This document shows positions 22,401 through 34,400 of a stretch of DNA of 64,000 nt, piece after piece. How positions within the stretch are numbered: position 1 is the stretch's first letter; every line of letters begins with the position of its first letter. Origin of the DNA: Klebsormidium nitens (taxonomy: Eukaryota; Plantae; Klebsormidiophyceae); NCBI GenBank assembly GCA_000708835.1, contig DF237071.1, forward strand, positions 1 through 64,000, written 5' to 3'. The translations under genes were made by a program, and so were the position numbers. Below the pieces are notes generated by a model that worked only from the letters and a program-made list of their open reading frames with translations, ran no database searches and was not told the origin of the DNA.

Positions 22401-25400
22401 CCTTGTTTTGTCAGAACTTTGGAGTGTTCATCTGCGTCTGCGCCTATAAGAGCGGTCCCTTCGAAATGCACACCGGTAGTCAATTCCGTTCCCAGCCTGA
22501 CATCCTCCTGCCTGGAAGCGTGTTGTCCGGCTAAGCGTATATTCACCCCTCCCAATCACGAAGGAAACGCCACCAAATCCATCAGTGCCGGGAAACTTAC
22601 TACTTAGAAAGTCCACTTAAGCTAAGACCGGCAGGGAGTCTCGGACTGGATAGAACACCTCATCGTTAGCGATGCAAACGCAGTCGGTCAGGTCCAGAAA
22701 AAGTGCGACAAAGCGCTTGCACAACTGCATAGGGCAGGCAAGAGGCAAAGTATGAGGGGATGGTTGGCCGCAGTCTGGACAATAAGCAACCAAAGGAGCT
22801 GATTTTGACAAACCAGTGCAATAATCTGATGCCAGGGAAACTTCGAAAGTGGCAACGGCCTAAGGAACCCTGCTACGAGATTGCTTAGCACTTGTGCGCT
22901 GTGGCAGACAACGGCAGCCGCGTCAGGGCTTCCTTGTCGCCTGAGCGCGGATGCGTGTGTCCGCCCTACCAAAAGCGTAAATGCTCGAGCAAGAATCGCC
23001 CGGCTAACGCAAGCGGGGAGAGAATCGCAGAGGAATGAGAGCAGGTAGTGGTGGCGTCCGGGACCCTACAACTACGTAAGCGCTCACTGGAGCTCACAGT
23101 CTAGTCCTCTTCATGGCCGTGCTGCGCTGACCAAGAAAGCTGCAAGGAATGCAACTGTTGCTGGTGGCCGTCGGAGATGAGAGCAGATCACGAGCTTGAG
23201 CTAAAGAGCCCACAATCTGTAAGCTCGTCATGGCCGCGCTGCGCTGACTGAAAGTTGCAAAAAATTCGAGCACGTGGTCGTGGCGTCGGAGAGGAACGAA
23301 TCGAAGAACTCAGCGCAAAGGTGAGCCCACGATCATCAAAGTTCGGTATGGCCGCGATGCGCTGACTGAAAGCTGCGACGATTCCGAGCGATCTGATCGG
23401 GGCTTCGGAGAGGAACGAAGCTCAGACCTGAGCGCAAAGGTGAGCTGACGATTGAGGGTCGTCATGGCCGCGGTGCGAACGGGAATGCGCCAACGAAAAA
23501 TGCAAAGGATTCGAGTAAGTAGCGGTGGTGTCGACGCCGATGAGGCTTCGGTGTTCTACGACTTCCGGTTGTCTACTAGGTTTGTGATAGCCGTCCTGCG
23601 GTAATTGAAAGTTGCAACATTTGTAAAACAGGCAGTGCTGGCGTCATAAAAATCACCGAAAGTGAAAATTCGAGAGCTAAAATGAGCCCACGAATTGTTC
23701 CGACTCATGATGGTTGAGAGGCACTTATTGGAGGCTGAACAGAATGGAGCAGGTCATGGTGGCGGTCGGAGATGGCCTCACGGGAAGGAAATTTGCGGGC
23801 TAAAGTGAGCCCGCATACATCTAAGCTCATCATGGCCGCAAGTCGGTCGCTCAGGCTCATACATACAAAGGGGGAAGAACAGAAAAACGGGGTCTGCTGC
23901 TGAAGGCCGATCTTTTGCGAGCCTAATTCCCCTACCTTGGGACCGTTTCTCAACGTTTAGGGCAGCCCAAGACGATATGAAAACAGTGCAAAACAGTAGC
24001 ACGAGCAACGGCGAACTTCCTCAGTCCCTGAAGAACAGCGCACAATCTAGGGTGAGAGTGGGTAGCGCAGTGACGCTTGCACGCCGCGTGTCATCCAAGA
24101 AAAGAAGGCCACTGCCCAAAGCGGTGCATCACGATAGCTTTTTGTATAAACAGAAATGACCATGATCATGGGCAATGACCGACAGTCAGTCCGTAAGGCC
24201 CTCAGGCTATTTCTAATCGCTGCGGGGATAGGGGCAAAACCAAGGCCTGTGGCCTTTGAGCGCTGCTTCAACTTGAATGAACGAAGTAGATAAAGGATGC
24301 AAGGGGTCCTAATGGTAAAGTACTGAAGAGTAGACTATGTCAACCAGGCCGGTACGCCGCCTCACGCTCTTCTGCTAGATGAGTATATGTAACTCTACTA
24401 GACTTCAGAAAAGGTCCGCCTTCATCCTCATAAAATTGACGAAAAAGGGGAAGAGCGGGATTCTCAACTTCACCGTTTCACACTTGAGGGACTTTCAGAG
24501 ACATTGGAAGGCGTACAGAACAGATGCGCGTGTTGCAATCTCTAGTGACCTTGTATTGAATCAGCAGGCCTGTGAAACCACCAGGACACCGTTTTGTCCC
24601 TTAAGCGAAGGGAGTGCCTCGTGCCTCGTGCCTCGAATCGTCCTTGTGACGGATAATGGGCTTTCATAGAAAGTGACCCGGCTCCCATAACGTGGGCCCG
24701 GCTCCTTGGCGGGCCTTCAGAAGCCAAAGCAAAGACTACGAGAAAGGAGCAAGCAAACAAGCGGGCTCTTCAAAGCTTGCCAGGAAACATGCAAAGACAG
24801 ACTGTCCTCGCAGTCCAAGGCGCATCGGGTTAAAGGTAACCAATATCTGGGTACAGCCAGTGTGCCCGGAGAAAACATCTTCATCGCCGCTGCAAAGGGA
24901 GGCGTCCTTGTATACGCAAGCTAGTGTCAAGTAATCACGATGCAACACAAAACACCGCCCAGACTCAAACGTATTGGACGACGAGGCTGACCTTGGAACA
25001 CTTGCAATACTCGGCGTGATCTAACAATCACACCATGTGAGACGCAAGCTGAGCAGTTGCCCGTATTAGGCTTGAGGAAACCAGAAATTGTGCAGAGGGT
25101 ATTAAGGAACGCCGACCTTTGCTGTGTAGGTCGTCGATCTACATGCTAACTAGCCTGGGCAAGCAAAGCTCCCGGTGCCTCATCACACCGACTGGCTTCT
25201 GTCTTGACAAACGACTTTTCAATTCATGCGTCGCTCTCCATGGCCAGAACGCCGAGAAAACCTAGCGAGCGTGCACGCGGGCGGTCGTAAGAACCCGGCG
25301 AGAAAGGAAGGGGCGTTTGAGAGAACTCCCCTAGCCTAAGCTACTGCTCGGTGACCCTTTGTCAGCGGCATCAGAAGAAATCTGGAAACCCACGTACTTG

Positions 25401-28400
25401 AGCACGGTACTGCCCACGAGGATTGCCTCAAAGCCGCTACAAAGCCGATTACATCTTTTACAGGAGGGCTTAACGAGTCACGAAGCACACTTATCGCCTA
25501 GAAAGGTCCAAGCAATCCACGAAACGCAAGGTCGCTCCTGGTACAAGCACAAATGGCGAGCACGTACCGACTGCGGCGTCGAGCCCCATGAAAGAAGAAT
25601 TTGCAATGGGTTTCCATAATGAGCCCATTGATTATCACAAGCGGCACTTTTGGTGACAAACTTCTCGACATAGTGGTCGACGTGCACATTGCTGATCGTG
25701 GGGAGTCGAGACTTCTTCACAAGCCAGCGCATACTCTTAACTACTTTCCCAAGTTGGGTCAACCGTTCACAAAAGTCTGCAGGGCATACGACAACGGGAT
25801 CACGTACGGTTTTTTTGTGGCTTGAGAACGTCCGTTACTAGACGTTGGTGTCGCACGTAGTGCAGCAGACGGTCTTCTTCGGACATCGATTAACAAGCGC
25901 GAAAGAAGTACATCGTTGGCATCTCTAGGAACATAAACGTGCTGCGCAGTTCGCAGACTGAACCCGGTGATCCTGGCCTCCCACAGACTTCATCATAGTC
26001 GTTCATATGAGGCTGGAAGAAACCAAAGAATCAATGCGTTAAGGCTAACGTAAGAAACTCCAACCTTAAATTGCGTAACTCATAGATCCAGATGCTTAAT
26101 CTTCTGGGCAACTACAGCTCCCACTATCTCATCAGGGCCACTGAGCTCCCTCTCTGGTCAACGACTTTGGAGTTTATGCAGGCTCCATGGTCAGAACGCT
26201 GAATAAGCAAAGCGAGCATGCACGCCGGCGGGTCAAACAAAAAGCGGGCGAGGAAGGAAGGGGCGTCTGCAAGAACCCCCCTAATCCAAGGCCACTGCTC
26301 GGGTGACCGTTTAACAGTGGCTCAGATCGACTTCGGAGAGTCCCGCGTCCTTGAGCACGGCACTGCCCACGAGGATGGCCTCAAAGCCACTACAAAGCCA
26401 AGCCACTACAAAGCCAACTGCAGCGTGTTATACAACATTAGCAAATCATGAAGCACACACTTCTCGCCGAGAAACCTCAAATTTCGTGAAAGAAAAGCAC
26501 CTCGGAACCACTTGACGGGGCACGGCTTTTGGAAAATCAACAACCCGAGTGAAGCGAAATCATCAGAATAAGCAACCGAGCGGGCTTCGAGGACTGCCAT
26601 CAGAAGGGATAGCCTAATGCAATGAAACTAGCAGACGGAGCAGCATCAACCGGTGTCTACAGTACTGGACACCACCATCTGCCCAGAGAGTGGAAGCATT
26701 CATCACCGCAACAAAAAGGACGTCCTGGTATACGCGGATGTCGAAACACGAAGAGGAAACACAGAACACCGCCCAAAAACTGCAGGTGACCTTGAATTTC
26801 CTAGCACGATGTGCAAACGGTAGGAAGGAACACCATGTGAGACGCAAGGTAAGTAGATTCCCGTAGCAGGCTGGAGGAAATGAGAGATTGAGCGATGTCT
26901 AGGAACGCCAAACTTGGTTGCGTGTTTCATAGATCCGGAAGCCACTTTCTTGGGCCAACTACAGCTCTCAGTATAACATGAAGGCCACTGGACTCCCCTT
27001 CGTGTCAACGACTTCCGAGGTTGTGCTCCAAGGCCAGAACGCGAAGTAAACGAAAGCGAGCGTGCACGCGGGCGGTCGTAGGAAAGCGGGCAAGAAACGA
27101 AGGGGCGTTTGAAAGGACCCCCCTAACGTAAGCCATTGCTCGGATGACCGTTTGACAGCGGCTCGAGTTGACTTCTGAGAATCTTGCGAAGCTGAGTACG
27201 GTCCTGCCCACAAGGATTGCCGCTACAAACCCGATTTTGAAAATATTTTTTAAATAAGGCCACGCGAGTCATGAAGCACATACTTGAAGGCTAGAAAAAT
27301 CCAGACAATCCACGAAACGTAAGGTCTCTTCTGGGTCGAAAGCCCAATACGATCACAAATGCCGAGCACATAATGACCGCGGCGTCAAACCTTGCGCGAG
27401 AGCAATGGCAATGGGTTTCAAGAATGAGCCCGTCTTTTATCATGGCCGCGGTTTCGGCAACACAACTAAGTATAACAGAGTGGTCGACTTGCACATTGCT
27501 GATCGAGTGGAAATTCCTTCACAAGCTGCATACTTTGACTACGTTCCCGAGTTGGGTCAATCGTTCACAAAAGTCTGCTGGGGATACGACAAAGGGATCA
27601 TATTCGTCTTTCGTGGCTCAAGGAAAACACCAGTGACTGAATATTGGTGTGGCACGCAACGCAAGCGGACAGTCTTCCCAAGCTCTTAGTCCAATCAAGA
27701 AACGCGAAAGAAGTGCATCGTGGGCATTTCCGAAACGCAGACGCTCTGCGCAGTTTTGCAGACTGATCAACAATGATCCTGACCCCCTACAGACTACATC
27801 ATTGTCGTTCCTTGAAAAGGCTTTTGCGGTCAACCGATTCGTGGCCGCTAGGCTTCGGCTCCATAGCACGGGCAAGTATCCGGGTGCCAAAGGATGAATG
27901 ACATTACGCGGTAAGCGGGCAGGCAGTAACCACGATGTTGAGTCGCAGGGCCTATACCGCACGAGACCTTCAACTCTACTTCTCCTCCTCGCACGCTAGC
28001 TCAAAACATCAGGACATGCACAGGCTATGGAGGAGGGCCCTTCGAGACCCACCGACTGAAGGACTTTGATCTTATACCTGGAGTCTGTATCCAAAGCAGA
28101 AGCTTACAAAGAAAAGCGGCTCAACTGTCCCACAGCAAACTATTGTCAGCATCTCGACAGCCCATTTAGACATCATGGCCGCTCCCATGCGTCCTCGCAA
28201 TCGGTGTCAAGAACAGATAAGGCTTAGCAAGTCAATCTCAAGAAGCGGGGATGACGCGAACCAGAAAGCTGAACGCTATCAACACTCAAAACATTTTCGA
28301 GCGCATGAAGTCGGTCAACACGGTTAATCACAGCGGACTGGATTATGGCGGATCTAGATTCGCTTCTCAGCATTTCCTTCTGTTTTAACACTTTAGCAAC

Positions 28401-31400
28401 TGCACAGGCTAGAGTCAAAGACCAGATGAATCCTAAGATGGATCCTACACGTGGCGCTTCCGTTCGAGCACCGTTGAACATACTTCGGCTGCGGCCTACT
28501 GCGTTCTTGCAGCATCCGGGAATCGAACCAAAAAAGAGTCCTGATCCAATCAAGTTCCCTCGAAAATGACAAGTCTCATGTGCACTCTTGCAAAGCAGAC
28601 AACGCTTCCGATAGCAAGTAGGCTCACCACTGCCAAGCGCTCTGGCGCCCGAACTTGATCCTACGTCGCGCGGCTAGACAGACCAGGTAAAAGATTCTCG
28701 CCATAGCTCGAAAATCGAAAGTAGTTCGTCGAGTCAAACGAGAAAGAGGGTGCCGAACTCAACGCAACGGCCACTCCTTCGAGTGCTCAAAACGTCGCAC
28801 GCTGGTTCTCAAGACGGCAGCCAAACGGTTACATGAAAGTCTACACGCAGTGTGGCCGAGAAAAAGACCAGTTCAGTGAACTCACACGAGAAACATGGTG
28901 CCAAACGCGATGTACAGGCACCGCTCGAAGTGCTCCGGCCGGCGCATGCTCCTGCGCAACGACGGCAGCCCCGCGTGCCCCGACAGCGACACAATCATGA
29001 TCCCCGCGCCGGTTGGAAGTGACGCCGCCTTGACGAACGTGTGCTGATGCGCGCCGGTCCCGGTCACTTGCGCCGAGTCGGGGTCCAAAAGGAGAGCGCC
29101 CACGACGACAGCTGTCAGCAGGAGACTGGACGAGACGCCGGAGATGGCGATGCCGGTGAGGCGCGAGAAGCCGCGAACCCAGATGGACGGGAGGACGGCT
29201 GCCAGGCTGCCGAGAATCACGGAGTGCCTGCGGAACGAATGTGACACGTGTCAGTTCTGAAAGCACTTTGAGTCGGTTATATACGAACGGCGGGAAAGTC
29301 AAAGAAGCTGTGGAGCCAGATAAAGGGGGACAGCGGCAAGACTGCCGAGAATCACACAGTGCCTGCAGAATGTGTGACAAGTATCATCTTCAAAAAAGGA
29401 TTACTCTGAGTCAACTCGAACGGAGTCGAACGACAGTGAAAAGGCAAGACCAGGGAATCAGATGGAGATGAAGACGGCGGCCAGGCTGCCAAGAACGACG
29501 GAGGGCTGCCGGCCAAAATGCACAAAGATTGACCACGGCAGAAGAGACGTTCCTTTCGCAACTTAGAGACAAACAGATTGCGCAAACGACAAAGCAAGTA
29601 GCTATATCGAACGGATAACGGTGGATAAGGTGGGCAGAATTGACTTCTTGGCAAGTAAGGGAGCCGCTTGTATTCGGAAAGGCAACTTACAGCCAACGTG
29701 TTTGGACCAGGGGTGGATATCGTGATTATTTGTTTTTGGTCATCGAAGCGACTCTCGACTTTAATAACACGGATCAATACGGAGAAGGGAAGGAGGCAAG
29801 GCTGTCGGAAATGACGGCGTTACTGGACAGCAACGAAACAAGTCGGTCTCTGAAGCACTGCAGCTTGGATACCGTGCAAAAGTCGTCCCCATGGAAATCA
29901 TAACCGGCGACGGGCTGGGTTCAATCAGCTGAGCAGAGATTAATCTGTGTTGCAGGGAACTGAGTGGCACTTGACCCGCTTCCAAGGGTTACCAAAGACT
30001 ACAGGGCGCGAAAACAGAGACCTCTGCCATTGCGGCAAGGATGATTCTTCCAAATATTTTGAGGTCGTTAGCAGACACGCACATGCACGTGACGTTTATC
30101 GCATGGCATCAGCAAAAGACTGTCATTGAGCAGTACGTTTGCTCGTTCCTTGAAACATCTTCGCCAAGACGAGAAAGTCATTGATCAGTTTATCTTCAGC
30201 AGATGCTCGAGATCATTCTTTCATCATCACACTTCTGCTCGTCTTATTATCAAGCAACTATCGTTCATCGTTCCTCCTAAGGCAGCACAACTTCGCATGT
30301 GAAAAATGCACGCAACGCATGTCAGGTGCCGAGGCTTGATGGCCTATCAGGTCTTGAGGAGTATGATTCCTTGCAGTCAACGAATTGTTGGAGACACAGT
30401 GGCAAAAGTCGAGACAGAAGCATTAGAGACTATGACCCCGCACAGCGCGCACCAGGACCGCCGGCATGGGGGGTGGAGTAGCATTGAGACAAAATGTAAT
30501 CATCGCCACTCATGCTAAGAAGTTGATTGACAGACTCATCAACGAGCCTCTCAACAATTTACTACCAGACAGCATAATTTTGAGCTCTCCTAAAAAGTAC
30601 GAAAGGAAACCAAAGCTCGTGAAAACACAGAGGCTCAGAGGCTTGAGATTCTGCTTCTGTACGGGCCTGGTGAAATGTCGGCTGACGTTGGAAAAATTGT
30701 CGCAATGCGTCTCAAACGCAAGCATCGAGTGGCTCCTCATGGTCAACCTTGAAAAAGTGAGCACCTTGAACAGGTCTCTCCGGGCACGGTATGTTAAGCA
30801 AGATTGGTCTACTTTTGGGTGAGAGATGAACATGTTGTGGAACTACATGCTATACTGGCTGCGAACCAGGGCAGCTTAGGAGTGCCTCCGTTGCATCTTA
30901 ACTCTCTTTCCTGCAAGGATACCAGGTCTGCCACACAAATGACAAACACCAGACCACAGATCAAGCCGCAGTACTGCTGAATCAGCGACTTTTGCAAGGT
31001 GGCCTCAAGAGTGAGAAACAGCGAATCAGCGAATCAGCAAAACGCTCATAGCTCCGCTCCCTCATGGTCGTCACCCACATGAGCTTGACGATTATTTCCG
31101 AGGAACTATTCAAGCAACGGCTGAAAGGGTTTCCCGGCCGCTCATTCCAGTCAGACAGATTCGCAAGAGGAAGTGCTAAGTGCAGTCAACAGGCGCGACA
31201 ACCTTAGAAGTCCAGCCCGGGGGGCCTGTCCGATCAACCAACTGCTTAGAACGAACTCGAAAAAGCAATCACAAGCCCGGACAAAGTTGGCATCAGTAAC
31301 GCGCAGTTCTGGCAGTGAGCAGATTGCTCAATTGCTCATATCCTCAAAGCCGTTCATGTCGGAGCTTTCGTAGAGGACAAATCTCGAGGGCCGTCTCAAA

Positions 31401-34400
31401 GGCCATCTTGGGCGGATAAAAATTGGAACAACCGAAAGAAGATGAGTACGTAGCCTTGCAGTGCAGGCGACAGAATCAACAAAAACAATTCAAATTTAAC
31501 ATCGCCCGCGGACACATGCAAAACAAAATGAGCGGCTTTGAGCAACTTGCATGCACAGCTTCTGACGCGTCCAAAATCTTGATGCGGCAAGTTGGTTTTC
31601 CTTTAAGCGACAGCCAGACAATAGCCCTGAGGCTGAGTACTCAAATTCACCTGAAAGAGTAGTGCACCTCGCAACCATGACTTCATAGAACGATCTCTAC
31701 CGCCGGCTGAGCAAACAAGCCCATCATATTGCCCATCATGGCCAGAGTTTATTGGATGGCTTCGTTGCGCAAACCATTTGAACTCTTCAAGAAGTAGAGA
31801 GCGCGAGCCGGCAAGAGACGTAAGCGGGACGCACGTCCTTCTTAAAATCCTTGTAAATGTTGTCGGTACGGACATCGTGCTCTGGGCATAACTGTACCGC
31901 TAAATGCAAGGCGGATTGGTCTTGACCATCCCCAAACACGCAAGTGCCCTGGGAAAAAACTGTAGATCCAATCTTCAAAAACCAACGCACGGGAAAGCCA
32001 GTTACGAAGCCTTGTTTGGTGCTAAAAGATGCTCGCTATGACCATAGCCGCTCAAAGTTGTTGGTTTGCTGGTTGGGAAGTATGAAGCGAGAAAACAACT
32101 TATGGGACCGCTGGACGGGAGACTCGCGTCAAGATCACTGAGACGTTTTCGCAATACGCGAAGAGAACAAGGAAAGCTGGACACGAGGTTGAGCATAAAT
32201 TGAGGATGCTGTAAAGTCCGAGAACATTAGCAGCCTCTCAGGTGGACGCAATTGAAAACAGATCGCCGACGCCTTGGTGAAAGATCGGATGTTTGATCAA
32301 TGAGGCGGCCAGACATGGGGATGCATACAGGGAAAAAATGAAGCCACTTACAAGCGGCTGTCAGGAATCTCGTTGAAGCCCGGCCTTCTTCCTCTACTTT
32401 TGCAGTCGACTAGCAATCGGCCAGGAACCAGCACAACGCACTCTCAACAAGGCGGTACCTCTTTACTGTAACCTTTGCGCCTTGAGGTACTAGCCGTGCA
32501 AGGAAGCTCGAAGCTCCGAGGCGCCAGAAAACTTCGCAGCTATTCGTCGAATCGTAGAAAAAAACAGGACCATCTGGTATTCCGAACGAGCGATTCCTAC
32601 ATTCCTACGGCCAGTAGAGCAGAAGCAGCTGATTCTTTCCGTGACGTTCTCACAAATCTGGCTTCAGCGCGACGACACAAGACACACATGAGCTTGTCTC
32701 ATGAGTGATTGATTGATTGATTGATTGATGTGGTGCTCCCTGACATCGCAACGTACACACAATTTGACAACACTTTGGCGTTCAAGACCGTCGAAAAGGC
32801 ATGACAGCATGACTTTAAGACGTCTTGGGTCTGACCAGAGCACGAGTATGACCGCCCGACCTCATGACGAAGTAAGGTGCACAAATAGACGCCAAGCATG
32901 CCAATCTATTATGCACAGAAACCGTCAAAGTTCCTGCTGTGATTTCCAATTACTAAACTCAATTACTAGCTGCAGAACTCAGACGACCAGACTCGTTGAT
33001 CTGTGGACAAGTATGCGGCCTCTGAGAAAAGCAAGGTCGGACAGGTGAGCACCAAGGCTCGCGTCCAAATTCGTCACAGCCGCATCTGCTTACAACAAGA
33101 CGAGATTTGCAAAAGCACGAACGGTCTTTCGGCCGACTATGTGCAGGCCTGGAGGAAAAGGGCAAACAACATTTTTCAAGTCAAAAAGGTCCATGCCCTA
33201 GTGTGAGCCGCTCTGCAGATTCCTGGTTTCTTGCAGGTGTTTCAAATAGTGGCTTCCGCGATGTAATCCTAGATGAGCACGTTGGTGCTCAAATGCAAAC
33301 ATCCTCATAGCCTCTGCCCAACCGTGCATGCTCGATCAGTGTCCAAAATACACAACGTGATGCTTGTCATCGTTTGACTACGCTTGGGTCTGATCCGTTG
33401 CGGTAAGTCACGGCTTTTACAGGTCAATGTACTTCAACAGGCCTCATGAAATGAGGGGGAAAATACCTGTGGGGAATGCTGCTCTCGTAGAAGACTGCGC
33501 GTCTGAGCGCCTCAGATTTGATTCACCAACAACGGTCAGGCGGTGAGCTCGCAGCGCTCAGCCTTTTCTAGTCACGACCAACGATGTTAAGAGTTGATGT
33601 ATTTCCAAAAACATCAATGTTAACGTCCAGGCTCGACGGCAGTACAGGAAAGAGAGATGTTCGGAATTGGCATCGTACCTGAGGGGTCAATCTCCATGGC
33701 CTCAGATTTAAGGTCTCCGAGAAGACATCAACATGCTTTGACAGTCGACATGAGCAGATCTCAGAAGATCCTTCCATCGACAAGTACCTAGGTTGGTTCA
33801 AAGCGGATCACGTTTTATTTTTAAGAATAAACTTCAATAGCGTTCAACTGTGACTGCGGGAGGAGTATGATTTGCCTCACCGCAGCAGAAAAGGAGATCG
33901 TTAAATTGGGACCTAGTCAAGACCTACCCGACCGTTGAGGAACGCAGATGCCCTTTGCCTTGCTGACGTCAACAGACAAGTACAGTCTCTCGCGCCAAAG
34001 CACGAAGTACAGCCACACATCATGGCCGGGTACAAAACGGATGCACGGTTGCCCAACCATTAGGAAGCGGAAGTGGAGAGGTCGCAAGTCAGGGCAGAAC
34101 TTCCGCATGGACTCGCTCAAAGTCTTGAGAATAACTCGAGCAACCCAATCCCTGGTATACCAGCAAAGTCGGGCTTCCCTCTTCGAATACTTTTAGGATG
34201 AGCGAGCAGAAGGTCGAATCGAGTAGTGAAGACGCGTTTACAGCAGCGGCACTGCTGGCGAAGTTCGACTGGCACAGCGCACGAGTCTTGGCTTTTGAGC
34301 AAGTCCGTCGAAAACACTCGCAACGCTCATCGTTGTTGGCTCTCCTTGGAGTAACCCATTGAGCGATGACTGGCCAAACAAGGCTCGATCATTGCCAAGC

